Below, piece after piece: positions 55,222-64,000 of a stretch of 64,000 nt of DNA (the stretch's first letter is position 1; each line of letters starts with the position of its first letter). The notes under the pieces were generated by a model, which made no database searches, had not been told where the DNA came from, and was given only the letters and a program-made list of their open reading frames with translations. This DNA is from Eledone cirrhosa (taxonomy: Eukaryota). The stretch lies in the NCBI GenBank assembly GCA_964016885.1, contig OZ024745.1:111166001-111230000 (forward strand), read 5' to 3'. The translations under genes and the position numbers were made by a program.

Positions 55222-55544
55222 AAAATACATGTGATTGATTAATGCCTCTTATTTTCATATTTTTCTGACATTGTTATATTCTTACAAACTATAAGAAAAG
55301 TAACCCAAATAGAGAAAATGTATGTTTAATAGACAAAAAGCAGCCTAAGAGATATTTTATACTGTGGTTATATATGCTCAATCATATTGGTATTTATGTA
55401 CATGTTATATAATATATAAAAAATATATTATTGTCATTGTTTTTTCAATGAAAATGGTATTGTTGCCTAAGTTCCAACAGCTATTTATACGCAAAATTAA
55501 AACAACAAACTTATGATATATGATAATGTTACAGGAAATAAAAA

Positions 55545-55965
55545 TAATTGTTTCTACTTTTGGCACAAGGCCAGCAATTACCCAATACATTACTGGTACT
55601 TTATTTCATCGACCCCGTAAGGATGAAAGGCAAAGTTAACCTCGGCGGGATTTGAACTCAAACCTTAAAGGGGCGTAACTCTTTGCTGCAAAGCATAGCG
55701 TCAGACCCTCTACCGATACTGCCAATCCACCATCAACAGGAAATAAAAATAATGGTTTCTGATATAGACACAAAGCCAACAATTTTAGGGGAAGGAAAAG
55801 TTGACTAAATCGACCCCAGTGCATTACTGGTACTTTATTTTATCGAGCCCATAAAGAATGAAAGGCAAAGCCAACCCAAACAAGATTTGAACTCAGAATG
55901 TTAAGAACCAGAAAAATATTGGTAAGCATTTGTCTGACAATAACGATTCTGCCAATCCACTGCCA
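55545..55965 (-). mobile_element. two tandem SINE family A copies
   Basis: 55545-55731 (younger) and 55750-55965 (older, long-tail variant). Confidence 0.85.
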
Positions 55966-56186
55966 TACGGTAAGTAAAAATATTAATCATAACCATATAA
56001 TACTTGATAATATCATTCCAGCCATTCATCAATAGGGCTTGAACTCCTGACGGAGACATTGAAGCACGGTTATGATATGATTATATTTTATAACTTACTG
56101 GAAATTAGAGACTTGGGCTTTGTAAAGCTGGTGGAGTTCATCCATTTCCAGGCCTGAATTTAGCAAATTTATCCCAGAGAAAGGGG

Positions 56187-56258
<72 letters not shown>

Positions 56259-58241
56259 ATTGATCTTAGTAGTTGACTGGTACTTTATGACTGAGAAACA
56301 TATATACATGACTCTAATGCTGAGGGAGCTGTAGAATGATCACAGGTTATAATACTCACAGCAATACTAACTGTATCTTTATCATATATGAACATATTGT
56401 ACATGGGTTCATATACACCTTTATTCTTAAAAGACTTAGTTACAAAATTCCTTGTATCTAAAATTATATTTTATAACCTATAGAAAATGGAAGCCTTTTA
56501 CTGATCTATTTTGTCATATTGAGAACTGTTGATTAGATTTGAAAATGTTTTATTGTCAAATCTAATGCCAATTTTTATGAGCTTAACATGGTTAAATCTG
56601 AAAGAATTAATCTGTATTGTTAGTAATGCTTGTCTGGACAGTATATAAACTCTGCTAAATAAAGTAGAACCAAGCCAGAACTTTGTTCTTGTGGCTGCTT
56701 ATGGAAATATTAAACTATCTATTCAAATAACATAGCTTTGCAGCTAATTGACTGAGGCAGCACCTTAGCAATCTCTTCTTTAATAGCACGCCTAACACAA
56801 ATAATGTTGAATCAGCAACAGCGAAAATGCTTTTATAATAGATACTGGGTTGAAGCCAGGTCAGGTTAAAGGTGACACATGTGTTATCAATTGCTATGGT
56901 TCTTGGAAAAGATGCAACAAATTTCTTCATTTGTTGCTGTACTCTGATGGCCAGGAAGGGGCACTGCTGTTGATATCTATCAATTCTTCAAACATAAATA
57001 CCATATTAGCGTTGACCATTTATCTACCCTGCCATTCTCTGAGAGATGGTGTTCAACAAATAATGAGCCAGCAGTAAATTACAATAAGATATGGCATCTT
57101 ACTATCTTTAATACTACCTGGTGATATATATATATTCACTGAAACCGAACTGGATATTGGCTAATCTGACTAGTGAACTATGACCAAAATCAAATACAAC
57201 TATTGGCTTTTAGTTTTAGTGTTTTAACTTATTCTTCTCTGCTACATTCTAGATTTAAAAGTCTATTGATATTGTGTTGCTTGCAACACCATGATAATTT
57301 TTGTGTTTTTGGTTTTTATGATTCATGATTATTTTGATATACATACCAGATAAATTCTCTGATAATGAAAATCTTGTCTATTTGCTGTAAACTTTAGCAA
57401 ATCTTGACTCCAAACACTTACCTTCTTCATAACGCACTTGACAGCAAACCTCTTGATGTCATGAAGTTGTTATTGTTGATTCCTACATCCTGTCAATGGC
57501 TTTTCTTTAGTGAGAGGGACACTGGGTTAATATGTATCACATTAGATTTATTAATGCAAGAAAGATCAAACACTCCAGCCAACATTTTTGTCTACTAGTC
57601 TAACAGAGAAAAATCAGTTTTTAAAAGGGAAATTGATTTATCATAGTGTTAATATATTATAAACATTATAAGATACGGCTTATTTTGAAGATGGAATTTT
57701 AGGTTGGTATTGTTGTTGTTGTTTAACCTTAGATCAACTCTGATCGAGCTGGTCTGTGATTAAAGACATTCCAGGTATGACCATCCTGTAGTTTTTATAT
57801 GTGCAATGAACCCAGGACCACATTATCCATCATATCCTTTTCTAAGATGGTAAAGTATGATTTGAGAGATATTTGACTGCTATTTATAGCAAATCATGTG
57901 ACAAAATAGTGGCTCCCTTATTGGTTTGAGAATTTTAGCTTTCATTCTTATATGTTTCTAACTATAGTTGCCTCTACTAATAATTTGAAATTGCATTTCT
58001 GAATTTTTTTGTATTATCTTTAACAATGGGCATCAAATTTAATTTCAGTATTTCTATATTATAGCATAAATTCTCCCATTTTCTTCTTTCTTTCCATCAC
58101 CTCCCTCTCTCACTTCTTTTCAAACATCCCCCTCTCTCTCACTCCCTTTCTCTTTCACTTCCCACTAATTTTATTTTGACCATTTTTTGCTAAACTTAAT
58201 TCTCTTATCTATTATTCCTGTTAATTTTAACTCACACATCA

Positions 58242-58636
58242 TGGAAGCACATGGCTTAGTGGTTAGAGCATTGGCCTTGCAATGGAAAGGTTGTGAGTTC
58301 AATTCTCAGACTGGGTGATGTGTTGTTTCCTTGAGCAAGACACTTTATTTTACATTGCTCCAGTTTACTTAGCTGTAGAAATGAGATGATAGGGACTGGG
58401 GTCCTTATCATTCCACTGCAAAGTGGTCGTGGAGGTGCAACAGCAAAAAAGCACCCAGCCCACACTGTAAAGTGGACGTGCAGGTGCCATGGAAAAAAGC
58501 ACCCAGCACTCACTGTAAATGAGGTTGGTGTTAGGAAGGGCATCCAGCTGTAGAAATCAAGCCAGAATCAGTTCCCATCCCACTCTTGCAAGCAGGGAAA
58601 AGCGGACATAAAATGAAATGATGAAGATGATGATGA
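58242..58636 (+). mobile_element. SINE family B
   Basis: Full length, with two internal 48-bp modules. Confidence 0.9.
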
Positions 58637-58794
58637 CATCAGTCTTTCTATCTGACTATGGTAAAATACAAGCTACTTTTTCTAACTTTCATTTTCGTTA
58701 AGTATTTGCTATGGTAATAAGTTTCATCATTAACTTGCAATCTAATGTTGTACATCTAGTTAGTAATTGACATCTTTATTTTCTTTTGACCTGT

Positions 58795-59030
58795 GAAGGC
58801 ATGTAGCTTAGTGGTTAGAGAGTTGGATTCACAACTGTGAGGTTGTGAGTTCAATTCCTTGAGCAAGACACTTTATCTCACACTGCCCTTTCTGCCCAGA
58901 GTTGCAACCACTAGATAGTATCAGCAAAGGAAAGACCAATCGAAACATTGTTTCCTTGGTCTGATTTGATGAGTTCTACACCACTTGGTAAGCAAATGAG
59001 GGCTGAGATCTTGACGATCGAATCTGAATC
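58795..59030 (+). mobile_element. SINE family C
   Basis: Homologous to 16232-16447. Confidence 0.78.
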
Positions 59031-59194
59031 TTTGTCCTGAGGAAGTGTTGTAGGGACATTGTATTTACATACGGTGTATCTAGGGTATTTTTGTTTTAAA
59101 CCTGGAAGAGCCCATCATTTCTACATCAGATTTCTTCCAGAGAAATATTGAGAGTGAGAACAAATTAAAAAGAAAAAGAGATATAGAGGAAGAA

Positions 59195-59352
59195 TCAACC
59201 CCAGTACTTGACTGGTACTTTTTTTTATCAACCTTGAATGGGTGAAAGGCAAAGTTGACCTCTGTGGAATTTGAACTCAGAGTGAAGAGAGCTAAAACAA
59301 ATATCGCAAAGCATTCTATCCAACATTCTAACGGCACTGCCAATTTGCCACC
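59195..59352 (-). mobile_element. diverged SINE family A
   Basis: Core and B box present; the tail at 59110-59190 is shared with the copy at 54045-54260. Confidence 0.7.
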
Positions 59353-60177
59353 TCTGTAATTAACATACATATTCTAAAATTGCATAATTTGACTGTAAAA
59401 ATAGCTTTCTAGATGTAATGTTTTGATACCTCTAATATGTTTGAAGTTAGGCAACATATTTAAACTGTTTATTATCTCCCTTGCAAGAGGTTTTAATAAT
59501 GGTCAAGAATCCAATGGATCAAACCTATCTTATTCTACACAGGTTACATTTCAATGTTATAAAGTATCTCTATTTTATTACATGGTATCATGCAGTTACT
59601 CACCCATGAATAATAAATGCTTTTGAGCAAGAGTAAAATCTCTCAGACCTTTTTAAACTATTAAGAACTGCAGCTAGTAAGTTACTATTAATCCCATCAA
59701 CCACAATCATTAACTTTGCTGAATAGCAGAAGTTGTATACTACTCTAAGTAAAGTGTCACTATAGTCTATGGTATTTAGCTGTGGACTGCATGTAATGTC
59801 TGTTGTGTCAATGCATCAATGCACTTAGTGAAAATGTTTGTTCATTGGCAATTCGCTTGAATGCCACTGTACATCTTGTATAATCATTGATTGCACAGAT
59901 AATATTAAGTTCCTTCACTGTTGGCTTGTAAAGTTTCTGAGCATTAATGAACATCTTAGTATTGATTCTGTGATATGAACCAGACCATTTACATATGGGA
60001 ACTTCCAAGGACACCGAGACTTGAATTCTGCTGAAAATTTACAGGCATAGTCTAAAGCATTAATTCATATCTACCTTTATTATACTACTGCTAAACTATA
60101 GTTTGTAAAACTTTCTCATGCACTTTCTTAAATCAAACAATATACATATAATCCAATATGTTAATTTTAATTTAGAG

Positions 60178-60390
60178 TATTGTTTCTGATTTAGGCACAA
60201 GGCCAATAATTTTAGGGGAGGGGAGTCAATTAAATTGACCCCAATGCATTACTGGTGCTTTATTTTATCGACCCTGTAAGGATGAAAAGCAAAGCTAACC
60301 TCGACGGGATTTGAACTCAGAACATAAAGGACCGTAATTCTATGCTGCGAAGAATGGTGTCCAATGTTCTACCGATACTGACAATCCACC
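60178..60390 (-). mobile_element. SINE family A, long-tail variant
   Basis: Matches 860-1072. Confidence 0.85.
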
Positions 60391-60525
60391 ACACTAATTT
60401 TAATTTAGAATATGAATTCTCTTCACAATTAATAGGAAACTGCAGATCATATGTGTGTAGTGGGGTGAGATAATTTAGTGAAGAATTTAATTAGGGGGAT
60501 GTAAAATTTGGGGTTTAAATAAACT

Positions 60526-60569
<44 letters not shown>

Positions 60570-62104
60570 TAGCAGGTGTGTATGAGAAGAAATTGAAATG
60601 CCTAAAAGAGGAGCTATGAACTAATGAAACTAGGACTAAGAATAGTAAAGACCAACTATAATAGTAATTAGTGTCTAAAAAATCTTGCTGTATCACAACC
60701 ATTGAATTAGGATCCAAAAGGGTGTAATATGATTTTTAAACATTTGTATAAAAATTAAATCCTTGTTGTTTTTTTCTGTTGAAGTGTAAGAAACCAAGGA
60801 CTGAACATCTAAATATTCTTTGGGTTAATTGGGAGTATTAGAAAGGTTTAATTGTCTGGGGAATGTAAAGTACAGGCAATGGATCTGTTACAACTGGAGA
60901 GAAATTAACCAAGATTCTCCATTGATACAATATTCAAGATATAGACTATGTTGTTGTTTGGCACCAAGTCAACCCTGATAAAACAAATCTTTGATCGAAT
61001 GTGTTTCAACTATCACCTTACCATCTTTTATTCAAACACTGCATTTCTTTTTTAAGATGATACAGTACAATTTGAGGAAGGTTTGGCTGCTATTTCTTGT
61101 AATTATTCAACTCTGTTGAGGCTTCTGTGAAGACTGAGTGAGCCAAGAATATAATTGCACACCAGATTTATTGGTTGTTAGAAACAAGAAACATGGCTTT
61201 ACTGATGTGGATATATAACACATATGAATGATGTATGCTGAAAAGCAAGATACCAGCATAATATAAGTTCAGTGTTATATTCACACCAAAGAAGATTTGG
61301 AAATGTGGAAGAAGATAATTTGATCAATAACAGAAAGATGTGCTTCACAGACAAAATAACAGTGGTAGAAATTTCAGATATTTCTATAACCAAATGAATC
61401 AGGCTTCGGTCTGCTACTGGTACCATGTAACCCAGCACAACCTGCTTCATGGTCAAGTGGTTGATGACTAAGCTGGCTCCCCCTATATACCCTGGTCTAG
61501 TGAGATGGATAAGTGGAACCCCAGCTTCACAAAAACAACAAGAGCTTTTTAAAGGGTGGTGAACTCCTCAGAATCAACAGCCATCCACCTCAACTATGGG
61601 TTAAATCACCAGCCTGCAATTGGCCAAGCATAGTGAGTATGGCTACACCCCTGACATGACCATATATATATATATATATGCATGTATGAATCACTACCTC
61701 CCTATGGACAACTGACTCTGAACATCAGGTCCAGACACGGAAGATGTTGATGTTCAGTTTCATTTCTTAAAGAAAATATATGAAGTTTCAGAGACTGTTG
61801 GAATAATAGGAGGAAAGTGCAGTTGGTGAGAAATAGTAGAGGTAGTCAACAGAATACAATACTTAATCACTGTAGAAATATTGAGATAATTCTTGCTCCA
61901 AAAAATGTATTGGGAGGTATTAACTTTTAAAAAAATGGATGTAATGTAGTTACAGTATGAAGCCAGAGATTTATTAGGATTAGTCATTGTGTTTAGAAAC
62001 TGGTAAAACAAACTTTTAGCTACGTTTGAGAAAGCATTTCTACTACTTAAATAAGCCTCCCTACTTCTTCCAGAATGTACGTAATCATTAATTATACTTC
62101 TACA

Positions 62105-62385
62105 TTCATAACCTTGTGCAGTCTGCAACTAACCCAGGATCTGCTGCACTTCGGGCTGAGGAGGGCAAACTCCCCAAGTATCAGTCGCTCTCCAACAGGT
62201 TTGCGGTCGTGCCCCTGGCAGTGGAGACTTCTAGTGTCCTTGGCCCTAGGGCTACCTTCCTACTTACCACCATAGGGACTGAGCTGGCTAGCCTTACAAG
62301 ATGGAATGGCTCTTCCAGCACATCTCCCTTACCATTCTCCGGGGAAACGCCTTCTCCTTTCTGTCCGCTGGGGCTGTGGGGCAGC
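62105..62385 (+). pseudogene. C-terminal RLE fragment of a CRE-like non-LTR retrotransposon
   Basis: 'SATNPGSAALRAEEGKLPKYQSL...VVPLAVETSSVLGP' then frameshifted 'EWLFQHISLTILRGNAFS'; related to 46830. Confidence 0.75.
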
Positions 62386-63432
62386 TAGGACATGGGACCC
62401 CATTTGCTTATAATACAGAGAGATGGGGAGGGCGAGAGAGACGGAGGCAATGGCAGTGGGAGTGTGGCTCCTCCGTGTTCAGACCTGGAGTGCAGCGTCA
62501 GTTGTCCGTAGGGAGGCAGTGGTTTGTACTTAGCGAAGATTTTTAGAATCTTGTGTTTGCGATTCCTGTATGTATTATTATATTTGGGTTCAACATAATC
62601 CTGTTACATAAATAAATCTTGTTTTTCCCCTTCATACTTGACTTAAAGTTATTCATTTATCTCTTGTTCAGCTGCAAAATTTTAATATCCAAAAAAATAT
62701 TTTTCAGAAATTAGAAATACACTAATACATGTGACTTAAACCTCAACCGATTTCAGCAAAACTAACAACAGCTGTGAGCAGCCTATATCAGCTAACTGGT
62801 TAAACTTGCTGTGTCTTTTCTAGTTGTTGTTGATGTTGTTTTTTCTTGTATAAGTATGTTTAGTTGTTTTTGTATTTTTGTTGTTCTATTTTTGTTTGTT
62901 TTTGCTCTGGATATGAGCCAGGGGGATTGATGTCCAAAACTCAATATTCGTATGCAGAGCTATTTTGTTATTGAGATTTGTAGTTTTTCAGAATTTTTGA
63001 CAAGTGGCTTCCTGTCAAATTATCAGGTTTCAATGTTGGTTGTGGTCAAAAACAACTGCAAGAGACCTTTATCAAGTATTTACTCACAAGCTGAGAATGA
63101 TTTAAAGTTATTCTAGTGAAAAACAGATGCACTTAAAAACACAAACATAGGAAATCATCAATTAGGAGTGACATGCTATTCAGTAGAAGTCTGAGATTGA
63201 TTGGACTATAAACTTTGGAAACTAATCCGTAGATTTCTTTTGTTTTTAATTTATCTTTTAATATCTTCTTTCAGTTCTGTATTTCCATGATATTCCTCAT
63301 TACACTTTAGATGATTGTAAAGTGTGAGACCAAAGACCTTCGTTTTGTTTTTTAACATCTCTCTATTTTACCCTTTGAAACTAACTTCACTCCATCATTC
63401 ATAAAATTTCATGTCAGTAGCTTGCAAACTGT

Positions 63433-63669
63433 TTAACCCTTTCGTCACCATATTTTTATCGGAAGACATTGCCTAGGACTTTCAAGTATTTTTGAAAATA
63501 ATCACAAATTTAAATAATGTTCTCATAATTAAACTGGTGCTTTGAACATAAACTAGCAAAGGTTCTTAGATAAAATTTTGATGGAAGATTTTTGGATAAA
63601 TATAAGCTCATTAAAATAAACAGTTTTGAATAAGAGTTGGCTTCAGTAGGTTGGTATCAAAGGGGTTAA
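63433..63669 (-). mobile_element. piggyBac-type MITE family B
   Basis: TTAACCCTTTCG ... CAAAGGGGTTAA. Confidence 0.75.
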
Positions 63670-64000
63670 AAATAGTTGCTCACAGTCTAAAAAAAAATAC
63701 TTAAGAAAATTATAGGACTAAATTAAGTGTATGTATGAAAGAATGTCTTATAACATTGATAAAATCTTGTTTATTTGCTAAAGTCAGTATTGTAATAAAT
63801 GTAATAATTATTTAAATGAATATATCAATTGTTAAAATCTCTGTAGCGGAGTGATAAACCATCAGAACAGAAATAACTTAATGCAAAATATATCGTCATT
63901 GGTGAATTCCTAGAATTAAAAACTGTGTTAATATCATCTATTAAATTTCACATAGGTAATTCAATTTTGGTCATTTTATGGAGGTTATAAGAAATGCTGG

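Noticed and set aside
61760-62128. 122-aa minus-strand ORF
   Set aside because: No recognisable motif; overlaps the edge of a retroelement relic.

Overview
AT-rich, repeat-saturated eukaryotic non-coding DNA. It is most likely intronic or intergenic sequence of an octopod cephalopod, inferred from octopus-type tRNA-derived SINEs, RTE LINEs with (GAT)n tails and very abundant (TA)n. I found no intact host gene; most ORFs in the track are microsatellite artefacts. Mobile content: two main SINE families plus minor ones, 5'-truncated RTE LINEs of two young subfamilies, decayed R4/Dong, HERO-like and CRE-like non-LTR fragments, a pogo/Tigger transposase relic, three Helitrons (one with a RepHel remnant) and two nested piggyBac-type TTAA MITE families. 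The most interesting layer is not visible in the ORF track. There are about 9 well-formed and several degenerate minimal type I hammerhead-ribozyme motifs from at least 5 sequence families. They have palindromic or near-palindromic helix III and compensatory changes in helix II, and most sit 35-180 nt upstream of a (TA)-rich tract. Long fold-back palindromes also occur in the same (TA)n context. Together these suggest a diverse population of microsatellite-targeting, ribozyme-carrying Penelope-like or retrozyme-like elements. All family assignments are by eye, without database searches.
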